NCBI GenBank assembly: GCA_002269645.1
Contig: NIVC01000230.1
Coordinates: forward strand, 248,001 to 312,000
Origin: Macrostomum lignano
Taxonomy: Eukaryota
DNA: 64,000 nucleotides
Direction: 5' to 3'
Positions 25,387 through 36,835 of the stretch are shown here, piece by piece; positions within the stretch are counted from its first letter, which is position 1; each line of letters starts with the position of its first letter. Made by a program: the position numbers and the translations under genes. A model generated the notes under the pieces. The model was not told where the DNA came from. It saw only the letters and a program-made list of their open reading frames with translations, and ran no database searches.

Positions 25387-26560
25387 TTGTCCACCGGAGA
25401 CCCGGCCAGACGCACCGTATCCACGCCAAATGTTTCCGGTGGCGCCAGGTCTGGCGGCGCCAGTCCCGCGCCAAGCGGTGTCTACCCAGCGGCAGCGGCG
25501 CCAGACTCCGCGGCAGCTCCATCAACCCCAATCGGTCAATGCGGTTTGAGCGACTCTTCATCCAGCCTAGCCGTGGGATTGCAACAGCAGCCCAACCCCC
25601 TGACCCTGTCTCCTCAGCACCAGCCCAACTACAGCAACTCTCCCGTGAGCTCTCCGACACACGCTGCCAGCGCCTATGCAGCCTCCCCAACTGGCTATGC
25701 TCTGAGCCCAGCCTCCGCCCTTTATCAGCAACAGCACAGCAGCAGTGCTAAGCATCGAGTTCGCGAATACATCATCTCTAAAAGCCGCGATCATCGACCG
25801 CATCCTTATTCGCCAACCCATCGGTCCAGAGACGAGTACGATGAACAGCACTTTGGCGGCGGCGGGGTCGGTGGCGGCGGCCTGGGCCCCCCGCTGGGCC
25901 CTCGCCGGGCTTCATCAGACACAAATATTGCTGAGAAGCTGCAGCAGCCCGGCTTTGCAGATTTCTATTACGGAGCAGTTGGCAGCGATGGCCAGCAGTT
26001 CCAGGTTCAACAGCAGCTGCCACCGCAGCCCATAGCCGTGTCAATGACTTCTCCGTTGCTGCAGCAGCAGCTTCTTCTTTTGCAACAACAACAACAACAA
26101 CAGCAGCAGCAGCAACCGGTGATGCTTCAGAGTGACATGACCAAACTAAGCTTGGCTAATCAGCCTGTGCAATCTGTCAATCAGCAGCCATCTCTGGTAG
26201 CCGCACTGTTAACTGCTCCTGGAAGCAGCAACTGTCACAGCAACAGCAATAATTCCGGCCAAAATTATCGATCCAGCTGGCATCACTATCAGATGACTCA
26301 ATCGGATGAAGATCTATCCGGCTTAGCTGCTTCATCTCCGTCGGCCCAGCCTCCTCAACAGGTGGCGCCAGGCCAGCTAGTGCTGCCGCAATCGCCCACT
26401 GGCCCAATACCGGATATCCGGGTCACTCCCATCAGCCAGGCCGCCGCCATGCCGCCTCCGCCGCCCCCGATGCAGCAGCCGCCGCCTCTGACCACCGTCT
26501 CGATGACCGCCTATGCGAATCCTGACTTGACTCAGCAGCACCTGGATAATAGCTGCGGTG
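25387..26560 (+). CDS. CRTC: CRTC-like large central exon (regulatory region, Q/P/S-rich)
   Basis: gttgctcAG acceptor in phase 0; donor G|GTGAGT. Contains RRTVSTPNV (cf. GGSLPNV), RRASSDTNI (cf. RTSSDSAL, SIK/14-3-3 site) and PDIRVT (PxIxIT calcineurin-docking motif). Confidence 0.85.
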
Positions 26561-26615
26561 GTGAGTGATGCTGCTGGCAGAATCTTGATCTTCATCTTCA
26601 TCCAATAGATCAGGC

Positions 26616-27413
26616 CTGAAGCCAATCAATCAGCTCTGAAGCCAATCAATCAGACCCTGAACCCAATCAATCAGCTCTGAAGCCAATCAATCAGACCCCG
26701 AAGCCAATCAATCAGACCCTGAAGCCAATCAATCAGACCCTGAAGCCAATCAATCAGACCCTGAAGCCAATCAATCAGACCCTGAAGCCAATCAATCAGC
26801 CCTGAAGCCAATCAATCAGACCCTGAAGCCAATCAATCAGCCCTGAAGCCAATCAATCAGACCCCGAAGCCAATCAATCAGACCCTGAAGCCAATCAATC
26901 AGACCCTGAAGCCAATCAATCAGCCCTGAAGCCAATCAATCAGACCCTGAAGCCAATCAATCAGCCCTGAAGCCAATCAATCAGACCCTGAAGCCAATCA
27001 ATCAGCCCTGAAGCCAATCAATCAGACCCGAAGCCAATCAATCAGACCCTGAAGCCAATCAATCAGACCCTGAAGCCAATCAATCAGACCCCGAAGCCAA
27101 TCAATCAGACCCTGAAGCCAATCAATCAGACCCTGAAGCCAATCAATCAGACCCTGAAGCCAATCAATCAGACCCCGAAGCCAATCAATCAGACCCTGAA
27201 GCCAATCAATCAGCCCTGAAGCCAATCAATCAGACCCTGAAGCCAATCAATCAGCCCTGAAGCCAATCAATCAGACCCTGAAGCCAATCAATCAGACCCT
27301 GAAGCCAATCAATCAGACCCTGAAGCCAATCAATCAGCCCTGAAGCCAATCAATCAGACCCTGAAGCCAATCAATCAGCCCTGAAGCCAATCAATCAGAC
27401 CCTGAAGCCAATC
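26616..27413. repeat. 21-bp minisatellite filling a CRTC intron
   Basis: Unit CTGAAGCCAATCAATCAGACC (20-bp variants), ~38 copies. Confidence 0.97.
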
Positions 27414-27447
27414 TAACTGACTTTAAAGTGCACTTAAACACTCGCAG

Positions 27448-27566
27448 TCCGTCGAGACTCGTACACCATGGCAACTGAGGTGCTGGCCAGCTTAGCGACT
27501 GCGGCGCCCCCAGCCGGTTTGGATTCCAAAATGAACGGCGATCAAGGTGGCGGATTCACTTTCTAA
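27448..27566 (+). CDS. CRTC: CRTC-like putative last coding exon
   Basis: actcgcAG acceptor, phase-1 join gives VRRDSYTMATEVLASLATAAPPAGLDSKMNGDQGGGFTF*; followed by AT-rich 3' UTR-like sequence. Confidence 0.6.
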
Positions 27567-27919
27567 GTCTGCGTGCTGAATATCGAGATGAAGAACAGGT
27601 ATTGAAACATTGTATTTTAAGGCAACAACAAAGATTTTGTAAATAAATTCGAAATTTTGAGCATTCTCTGGAGTGTTGTTTCATGGTTTTAAAACTATAT
27701 GCTGGAATTCTGTTTGAACTGTTTGAATCTGTTTGCTGTTCCAAGGGTTTTGTCTGTTAATTAATAATCATATAAATGATTGTTTTAACTGTGCATAAGT
27801 AGCAAATATAAGTGGCTATTTTCATCTCACTGCTGCCATGTTTCTGTGCTTTATTTAAACTGTTTATTTGCCAGTATATGTCTGAGTGCCTGCGTACGGT
27901 ATTGACGCGCCTGTATGTG

Positions 27920-28153
27920 CGACTGAAAGGTCGGGGGTTCGATTCTTGACCTACTCAGAACAATTTGAGCAAGAGACACTTAACTCTGCATTGCTTCAAT
28001 TCACCCAGCTGTAAAATGGGTGCCAGCATTAGCTGGGGTAATTGAGGGTGTGTGTGGCGACCCCCCAGTCCTTGGACTGAACAGCCGTACGCAGCCTTCA
28101 GATGCGCCGCGCAATAGCTGCGGCTGAGCTGTCGGTTGCACATCTGCTCATTA
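27920..28153 (+). mobile_element. tRNA-related SINE, copy 1 (5'-truncated)
   Basis: B-box GGTTCGATTC at 27936-27945, then TTGAGCAAGAGACACTTAACTCT...CACCCAGCTGTAAAATGGG body; closely similar to 32644-32884. Confidence 0.8.
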
Positions 28154-28951
28154 GGGTAGGTGTAATCAATTACTCTATTATTATGTGCTCAGGAGCCAGT
28201 GGAATGGGCCGAATTGCCAAGAGTTGCCATCAACAATCGTGTTCTTTAAAACTCAAATTTGCAAGCCAAGCCCCGTCTGTCTAACTTGCAGCTGCAGTTG
28301 TACTTTTAACAAAGCGCAGAAGTAAGCATATTTGCTTTACTGTGCGTACACAATAATATGTTATCATAATTTCTTGCTGTCAGTTTTTTTTCGTTTGGTA
28401 CGCTTACTCTGCGTTATAATTATAGTTGTAAAATTGACTCAATGCATGCTTTGGTTGTGGTTAAAGTCGTTTATAATCTTTCTTTGCCAACCACCCTATG
28501 ATCAAAATATTTACTGGTTTAATCTGTACTTTTGTCGTGCTTTTTTTCTTTGGTTCCTTTATATGCGATCAAAACAACATTAGTTCTTTATCAACTATTT
28601 AGTATTATGCTTTATACTGCATATTAACCTATTATAAGTTAGTTATGGTTAAACTGCTCAATGAAAGTTATCTGGGTTTTCATTGTGACAATGGTTATTG
28701 GTCAGCGTGAAATTCTTAGTAGAAGTCTTCTCTTCTCTCGCGGTAAATATCATCTTTACTAGCTCATTTTTTCACTTAAGCATATTCTTAGATGAAAAAG
28801 GTGAAACTCCTGTCCTATAATCGTGATTTGGCCAAAGCTTGTAATTTTTTAAATAATAATTTTTTATGTGCGTTTAAATAGTATTTTTGCATATTGCGCT
28901 ACTGTACATATTTTAAGCTGCATCGTAAATAATGATTGTAAGGTTGTGTTG

Positions 28952-30449
28952 AGTCAGGTGTGAGATTGATGAGCTGCTGACTCAGTCAGGTGTGAGATTG
29001 ATGAGCTGCTGACTCAGTCAGGTGTGAGATTGATGAGCTGCTGACTCAGTCAGGTGTGAGATTGATGAGCTGCTCAGGTGTGAGATTGATGAGCTGCTGA
29101 CTCAGTCAGGTGTGAGATTGATGAGCTGCTCAGGTGTGAGATTGATGAGCTGCTCAGGTGTGAGATTGATGAGCTGCTCAGGTGTGAGATTGATGAGCTG
29201 CTCAGGTGTGAGATTGATGAGCTGCTCAGGTGTGAGATTGATGAGCTGCTCAGGTATGAGATTGATGAGCTGCTCAGGTGTGAGATTGATGAGCTGCTCA
29301 GGTATGAGATTGATGAGCTGCTGGCTCAGTCAGGTGTGAGATTCATGAGCTGATCAGGTATGATGAGATTGATGAGCTGCTCAGGTGTGAGATTGATGAG
29401 CTGCTGACTCAGTCAGGTGTGAGATTGATGAGCTGCTCAGGTGTGAGATTGATGAGCTGCTGACTCAGTCAGGTGTGAGATTGATGAGCTGCTGACTCAG
29501 TCAGGTGTGAGATTGATGAGCTGCTGACTCAGTCAGGTGTGAGATTGATGAGCTGCTGACTCAGTCAGGTGTGAGATTGATGAGCTGCTGACTCAGTCAG
29601 GTGTGAGATTGATGAGCTGCTCAGGTGTGAGATTGATGAGCTGCTCAGGTGTGAGATTGATGAGCTGCTGACTCAGTCAGGTGTGAGATTGATGAGCTGC
29701 TCAGGTGTGAGATTGATGAGCTGCTGACTCAGTCAGGTGTGAGATTGATGAGCTGCTCAGGTGTGAGATTGATGAGCTGCTGACTCAGTCAGGTGTGAGA
29801 TTGATGAGCTGCTCAGGTGTGAGATTGATGAGCTGCTCAGGTGTGAGATTGATGAGCTGCTGACTCAGGTGTGAGATTGATGAGCTGCTGACTCAGTCAG
29901 GTGTGAGATTGATGAGCTGCTCAGGTGTGAGATTGATGAGCTGCTGACTCAGGTGTGAGATTGATGAGCTGCTGACTCAGTCAGGTGTGAGATTGATGAG
30001 CTGCTGACTCAGTCAGGTGTGAGATTGATGAGCTGCTCAGGTGTGAGATTGATGAGCTGCTGACTCAGTCAGGTGTGAGATTGATGAGCTGCTGACTCAG
30101 TCAGGTGTGAGATTGATGAGCTGCTCAGGTGTGAGATTGATGAGCTGCTGGCTCAGTCAGGTGTGAGATTGATGAGCTGCTGACTCAGTCAGGTGTGAGA
30201 TTGATGAGCTGCTGACTCAGTCAGGTGTGAGATTGATGAGCTGCTGACTCAGTCAGGTGTGAGATTGATGAGCTGCTGACTCAGTCAGGTGTGAGATTGA
30301 TGAGCTGCTGACTCAGTCAGGTGTGAGATTGATGAGCTGCTGACTCAGTCAGGTGTGAGATTGATGAGCTGCTGACTCAGGTGTGAGATTGATGAGCTGC
30401 TGACTCAGTCAGGTGTGAGATTGATGAGCTGCTGACTCAGGTGTGAGAT
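28952..30449. repeat. 24/28/32-bp minisatellite (1.5 kb)
   Basis: Core CAGGTGTGAGATTGATGAGCTGCT with optional GACT or GACTCAGT extension. Confidence 0.97.
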
Positions 30450-31189
30450 AAACGATATAGTGTCTCAGTCTCAAGTTTACAGGCGCACTCGACCTGACAA
30501 ATAAAGTTTTGTGTTTATCTCAAGTGTTCAATAACATCATGATTGTCAAATAAAATACATGTCGAACTACAGTATCAATTCATCATTATTTATCTAGCCT
30601 TGATCAGTGTCAAGTTTCTCTTTTTGTTTACTTTTTGTCTCTTTGCCTCTTCCTCGTTTTAAAAACACAAGACCGCCAGTACTGTTATAATTACCATTTA
30701 ATGCTTACTTAATTATTTGTATTTTTTCTACCTGTACTATGGTTCACTCTCAGTTGCCAATGTAATCATTTTCTAATCCTACATTAATCTATACAGTATC
30801 AGCTCTGTTTGTCAGTTTGTCATCTCTGTCTGAGGCTTCTGTTTTACATCTGCTGCATAAATACTACTAATATACTGTACAAGTAATTCTCCTATATTTA
30901 CAAAGTAGAGATCGCCTATTCATTATATTTGCTATTGAGAAAACAACAATATAGAGATGAGATATTGCTTTTGGTGTGCTTCAACTTTTACCTTTTAATA
31001 AAATGCCCGCTTGCTTGGTACGCAAATTTTATTATTATTATTAAATATTTACTAAACGAAAAGCAATTCAACTTACTCTTTGTTTTAAAAAATTGGCCTT
31101 CTGCGATTGGTTGCTTTGAGTGTAGGAGCTCGTAGTGCTCATTCTGTGGATATAAGAAATTCAGAACTAAGCTCAGTCGTTTGATGTAT

Positions 31190-32001
31190 CTAGAATATAA
31201 ATTTTGAGTGTTTAGAATCTAAACTGAACTCAAAACTAAACTCTAGCATCGAGTGTTTAGAATCTAAAACAAACTCTAAACTAAACTCTAGCATCGAGTG
31301 TTTAGAATCTAAAACAAACTCTAAACTAAACTCTAGCATCGAGTGTTTAGAATCTAAAACAAACTCTAAACTAAACTCTAGCATCGAGTGTTTAGAATCT
31401 AAAACAAACTCTAAACTAAACTCTAGCATCGAGTGTTTAGAATCTAAAACAAACTCTAAACTAAACTCTAGCATCGAGTGTTTAGAATCTAAAACAAACT
31501 CTAAACTAAACTCTAGCATCGAGTGTTTAGAATCTAAAATAAACTCTAAACTAAACTCTAGCATCGAGTGTTTAGAATCTAAAATAAACTCTAAACTAAA
31601 CTCTAGCATCGAGTGTTTAGAATCTAAAATAAACTCGACACTAAACTGTGGCATCGAGTGTTTAGAATCTAAAATCAACTCGACACTAAACTGTGGCATC
31701 GAGTGTTTAGAATCTAAAATCAACTCAACACTAAACTCTAGCATCGAGTGTTTAGAATCTAAAATAAACTCGACACTAAACTGTGGCATCGAGTGTTTAG
31801 AATCTAAAATCAACTCGACACTAAACTCTAGCATCGAGTGTTTAGAATCTAAAATCAACTCGACACTAAACTCTAGCATCGAGTGTTTAGAATCTAAAAT
31901 AAACTCGACACTAAACTGTGGCATCGAGTGTTTAGAATCTAAAATCAACTCAACACTAAACTCTAGCATCGAGTGTTTAGAATCTAAAACAAACTGTAAA
32001 C
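31190..32001. repeat. 45-bp minisatellite with polarised variants
   Basis: Unit GCATCGAGTGTTTAGAATCTAAAACAAACTCTAAACTAAACTCTA, ~18 copies; explains ORF 31190-31969. Confidence 0.97.
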
Positions 32002-32400
32002 TTTAAATTTATAAAATGATTCCAGATTCTGTGGCACACCGAAAAAAGACGTATCAAAAATGTTTTGTTTGCTACTCCTGTAGTTGTCCATATTGGATGT
32101 CTGATAATAATTGCAATATTTATAATGTATCCAAACTTCAGGTATAACAGCTCTCTGCATTTCAATTGCATGGACAGCCATAAAATCAGTCGGATTAGTG
32201 GGATAGGAAGTCTTCTGCAGTTTTTTAGTGCTATAAATTTCCAGTATCTCATCTAATTGTGGAATTCCAAATTCCAGATGAGGTGCAGTTAATTCGGGGA
32301 GTTCCCGGATACCCACTGAACTCGTACTGATCCCATTTCGCTGCAGTCGCGGGCAGGACCACTGTAGTATTAACAGGGCGATCAGAAGCTGAAAGATCAT
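31984..32400 (-). CDS. Putative first exon of an uncharacterised secreted/membrane protein
   Basis: ATG-initiated non-repetitive ORF with signal-peptide-like MIFQLLIALLILQWSC; exon-like segment 31077-31143 (AG...GTAAGT) on the far side of the satellite. No family recognised. Confidence 0.4.
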   Translation of the reverse strand: MIFQLLIALLILQWSCPRLQRNGISTSSVGIRELPELTAPHLEFGIPQLDEILEIYSTKKLQKTSYPTNPTDFMAVHAIEMQRAVIPEVWIHYKYCNYYQTSNMDNYRSSKQNIFDTSFFGVPQNLESFYKFKVYSLF

Positions 32401-32643
32401 GTATTTTATGGAGGCCGATTTCCTAAAAAAAAGTACACTGCGGAGATAGGAAAAATCGTTTGAACTGGGGGGCAGTGAAGATTGGCATACTTTTACGAGT
32501 AATTTAGCATGCGCAACATGATGTTACTCTATTGTGTAGTGAAAGTTTCATGTTCATATTTTTATTTACACTCCATAAGCTCAAAACTGTAAACATTCAC
32601 AAGGGAAAATTTTGTTTTATTACTTCTTGACAGCCACTGCGCT

Positions 32644-32884
32644 CGACTTGAAAAGTCGGGGGTTCGATTCTCGACCCACTCGGAACAATTTCTGTCCTTG
32701 AGCAAGAGACACTCAACTCTGCATTGCTTCAGTTCACCCAGCTGTAAAATGGGTGCCAGCATTAGCTGGGGTAATTGAGGGTGTGTGGCGACTCCCCCAG
32801 TCCTTGGACTGAACAGCCGTACGCAGCCTTCAGATGCGCCGCGCAATAGCTGCGGCTGAGCTGTCGGTTGCACATCTGCCCATT
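32644..32884 (+). mobile_element. tRNA-related SINE, copy 2
   Basis: Same B-box and body as 27920-28153. Confidence 0.8.
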
Positions 32885-34736
32885 ATGGCAGTACATGTAA
32901 ATCTACATATAATGTACATGTACGTACTCGAGTGAGCATAAATTGTAGCGCAGCTCTAAAACGGTACACGTACATGCATGTACAGGTTTATGCTGACATA
33001 CAACGGGTGCCGTAATTTGTACTTTTAGTAATGCAGTGCATATACACGTATTCTTTTCTTTTTAGCTAGAGGCAGGGGCTGTGTGCACCTGGCGCACTTT
33101 AAGCGACATTGTTACACAACCGCGGCGAGGGGCATTATACTGCCCCCCAATCCGCCGAACCCCCTGAACAGGCACACAAGCGCGCGGATTACGTACGCAT
33201 GCAGTCATACGCACAGGCACGCACTCACACAGGAGTGTACAGCATTTATTACAATCTCCAATTCGGAGTCAACAATTTTCATACATGGCCAGCAAGTTGT
33301 ATCTACATAATTGCCATGGAAACCAGTCTACTCGTTACGGATCGTGGAATGTTAATTATTAATTAAACAATATCATCAAGCGTTTCTAGTATTCTAATAT
33401 TAATTCTTGATATTAAAATTCGATTAATGTTAATAGGCAATTAATATAGGTATGTATTGTAATTTAATCTAATCTGAAAATAAAAAATTGTCAATATTGA
33501 ACTAGCAGTTAGGCCGTGATGATTGAACATGTAGAATTAATAATTATTAGGACAAACTGTATATATAATTATATAATTCAGTATATTTACACGCTGCATA
33601 AATGTGCTAGCAGAGATCCTTTATACTGCATGTGGTGCAGTGCGTACACCCTATGCAGCAGGTACGGATCAAAGCAGTACATTTTAGCAATTTTGATTGC
33701 ATTGCATTTTGAATTGCATTTGCGTTTTGTTGGCAAGGACAATAAAGAGATAAGATATAAATATAAACACATATGAACATCAAGTATGTCCCTCAAAATA
33801 GGAACTTAAGATTAACATAACCTGAACCTGAACATGTCATTTTGAATTTTAAAGCTCGTATCAAACAGTGCGTTTAAACAAACAAAAATTGCAATTAGGG
33901 TTGCGGGGGTGCACATTGATAATTAAAATAGCTATAAGCATAGCATTTGCAGCTCAACTGAACCCGCGAGTGAAAGCAGAGTGCGAAAGATGAAAAGGAA
34001 CACAATTTGCAAAAAAAACAAAATTAAAATTGACAAAGCAAAGAGAACATTTGCTTTTCTATATATGCATTCCTTATCAGCTGCTGTGTGCAGTAGCATA
34101 TTGTGCGCATTTTGTTTAAACTTACAGCAATATGTGTGCGGCAAGAAGGACGTGCAAAAGTTGCTGCGCAAAAATGGAAACAAATTTGACAGTTTGTTCG
34201 ATTCAAACAAATTCAATCAATGCGGCGATTGAGTAGCAGTCATGTTCTTTGTTCGTTTGACGAATAATTTACATTTTCAAAGCTCATTACACAGGTACAT
34301 GCTACTGCATGGTAGGCACATATTAAACAACAGTTTAACACAGAATAGTATTAAAAAACGTGATTTTAAAATTCGAAATTGAAAAATGAGCTAAAATAAT
34401 TATAATATTCGATTGTCAGCAAACTGAACTTTTGTCATTTAAAGGCTGAACCATTAAAGTTGGGGGTGCAAGAGTCCGTCTCATTATATGTAGAAGACTG
34501 TTGCACAATTCAAATCCTGGTAATAATTAAGGATTGACAGGCTTAACTAACAAAAATATCACCTTATTTTGCCGTCTATAAAACTGACTGGGTTTAGCTC
34601 ATTCGGTAGAAAAATATAAGCTCACAAATAATTCGTACACAATGTACAACACTCTACATCTACCTATCAAACTTAATTGCTTCGTTGGAGGATTCGTAGA
34701 GTACACAGTGCGAGTGTTGTTTTACAGGGCACAATT

Positions 34737-35696
34737 TCACAAATGTGACAGCTGGCTGATGGAGGACAGGGACGCCGGCAGGGGAGGCGGCGGCAGCGGC
34801 AGCTGAGTTGATGAAGATTGAGGCGACGCCTGTCGGTGCAGCGGGAAAGCCACCTGTGGCGCTGTTGTTGGGCACAGTTTACCGAACGCCTGGCCGAACT
34901 GTTGCTGCTGCTGGTGTTGCTGCTGGAGCATCAGCCAGGACTCCGCGCCAATCATCTGCGAGGAGCATCCGGCAGCACTCCCGCTGCCGCCTCCAAGAGT
35001 GCCAACATTGTTATAATTGTACGAGGCGTTTTTGGCGCCGTTCGCGCCTAAACCGTGCGCATTGTTGACGCTCTTGTGACTGCCAGTCAGGTTGCTCCGA
35101 CGCGACGATTGACCACTGCCGACGCCGCAGCAGCACAGTCGGCGGCCGAAGAACTCGCGCCAAGTGGTCAGCGTCTTGCCGGACCAGATCCACACGCCGC
35201 TGGTGATCCCCACGGCCAGCTGCATGAACTGGCGCAGCATGAACACGCCGTACTCGGGCTCCAGCTGGCTCAGCTGTCCGTGAGCGGCTGCAGCCGGCGG
35301 CTCCGCACCGCATCGACAAGCTTTGGCTCGGAGCCAAGTCTCTCGCAGCTGGGCCTCGTAGAAATGGCAGGCGATCACCACGCAGGCTGGCAGGGTGTAC
35401 AGGATAGAGAAGATCCCGATGCGGATCATCAGCTTCTCCAGCTTGTAGGTCTTGGCGCAGGCCTGCTGCTTGATGACTGACCGAATTCTGAACAGGGCCA
35501 CAAAACCGGTGAGCAGGAAGATGCTGCCCAGCAGCAGGTAGGTGATCAGCGGGGCCAGCACGAACAGCCTCATTGCGGTCAGGTTAGTGTTGCCGACCGA
35601 GCAGATACCCGAGACTGGGTCGCCATCCACTAGCGAGAATGTCAGCACCAAGATGAACTTGGCAATCGGTAGGAGCCAGGCTAGACAGTGGAATAC
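34737..35696 (-). CDS. FZD5/8: Frizzled-5/8, last coding exon (TM4-TM7, KTxxxW, C-tail)
   Basis: atacAG|VFHCLAW...VDGDPVSGICSVGN...KLEKLMIRIGIFSILY...GITSGVWIWSGKTLTTW...LSHL*; C-terminus resembles FZD5 LSHV / FZD8 LSQV. Confidence 0.96.
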   Translation of the reverse strand, partial: VFHCLAWLLPIAKFILVLTFSLVDGDPVSGICSVGNTNLTAMRLFVLAPLITYLLLGSIFLLTGFVALFRIRSVIKQQACAKTYKLEKLMIRIGIFSILYTLPACVVIACHFYEAQLRETWLRAKACRCGAEPPAAAAHGQLSQLEPEYGVFMLRQFMQLAVGITSGVWIWSGKTLTTWREFFGRRLCCCGVGSGQSSRRSNLTGSHKSVNNAHGLGANGAKNASYNYNNVGTLGGGSGSAAGCSSQMIGAESWLMLQQQHQQQQQFGQAFGKLCPTTAPQVAFPLHRQASPQSSSTQLPLPPPPLPASLSSISQLSHL

Positions 35697-35991
35697 CTGT
35701 ATTGGATATTTAAACACCGAATATATAGATGCATATCATTTAGTGGCCGAAGTATTCTATAATAATAGTAATAATACACGAAGGAAGGGCTCGACCTTGG
35801 CGCGACGCCTTCGGGCGATATCGTCCCACAATCTGCGATGACAAACTTCTGCCCTCCTGGAGCGCGTCCAAAAACACTGTACGTAGGCACGCACTCATGT
35901 ACATCTCACACAGGGTTTAAAGCGTCTCCTTGACTTTCTAATCAAGAAAGACACACCACAAGCACAGTTGACAGTAAAAAACAGTTCTCAC

Positions 35992-36648
35992 CTCGCCATA
36001 CTTAGCGATGGCCTCGCTGCCCCACTTGAGTCCGGCAGCCAGGAACCAGGCCACGCACAGGACCACCCACCACACGCAGCTGGCCATGCCGAACAGGTAA
36101 GTCAGCAGGAACACCACCGAGCACAGCCAAGGACCCGACGAGCCGTAGCGAAGCACCCGACCGTCGCAGCCGATGCCGTCGGGTCCCACGGCCAATCGGA
36201 TGATGTAACCGAGCGATACCATGACGTAACAGGCTGACATCATCACGATGGGCCGTTCGGGATAGTTAAACCGAGTCCGATCCATCAGGAAGGTGACCAG
36301 GGTCATCGCCGAGCTCACCAGACACACCACCGACCAGACGCCGGTCCAGGCCGCCGCGAACTGCCGCCTGCCGCCGTCCTCGGAGCCGCCACCGAAAAAG
36401 TAGGCACCCTGGCAGGGCAGGGCGCAGTTCGGCACCCCGCTGTGCGCACCCGGTTGAACTGCGCCTCGTTCTCCCGAGAGGCACCAGCGGCGGGCGGCAC
36501 TGACAGTCGCAATTCGAATCTGATGACGCCGACTGAGAACTGTCGGACTGCGAGCGAACTGTTGGCAGCGGAGTGACGAAGCTTTCGCTGCTGCTACTGG
36601 ACTTGGTGTGGTTCACGTCCATGCAGAGGATGTCCGGGTTGCCGAACT
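35992..36648 (-). CDS. FZD5/8: Frizzled-5/8, exon 3 (linker, TM1-TM3), two 1-bp frameshifts
   Basis: caacAG|EFGNPDILCMD...CRPPLV...NRVRT...PNCALPC...RFNYPERPI...LAAGLKWGSEAIAKYGE|GTGAGA; frame restored by adding one G in the runs at 36473-36475 and 36435-36438. Confidence 0.93.
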
Positions 36649-36835
36649 CTGTTGGCCGAGAGTTGGTGGTTGGTTTGGTTTAGTTTAGTGTGCTTTACTT
36701 GCTACAGATGTACTACAGTGATTACTGCAAGATGTAGGGGTAAGGTACTGCCTATTGTAACGTGACGTCTGACCTCGAAGTACGTGGGTGGGTTCGATTC
36801 CTAAAGAGAGCTAACCCTGATGTGATAGTGTGATG

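Noticed and set aside
31190-31969. 259-aa repetitive ORF
   Set aside because: Reading of the 45-bp satellite.
36720-36803. tRNA-like sequence ending GGTTCGATTCC
   Set aside because: B-box only; no acceptor stem or cloverleaf could be built. At most a SINE-head remnant.
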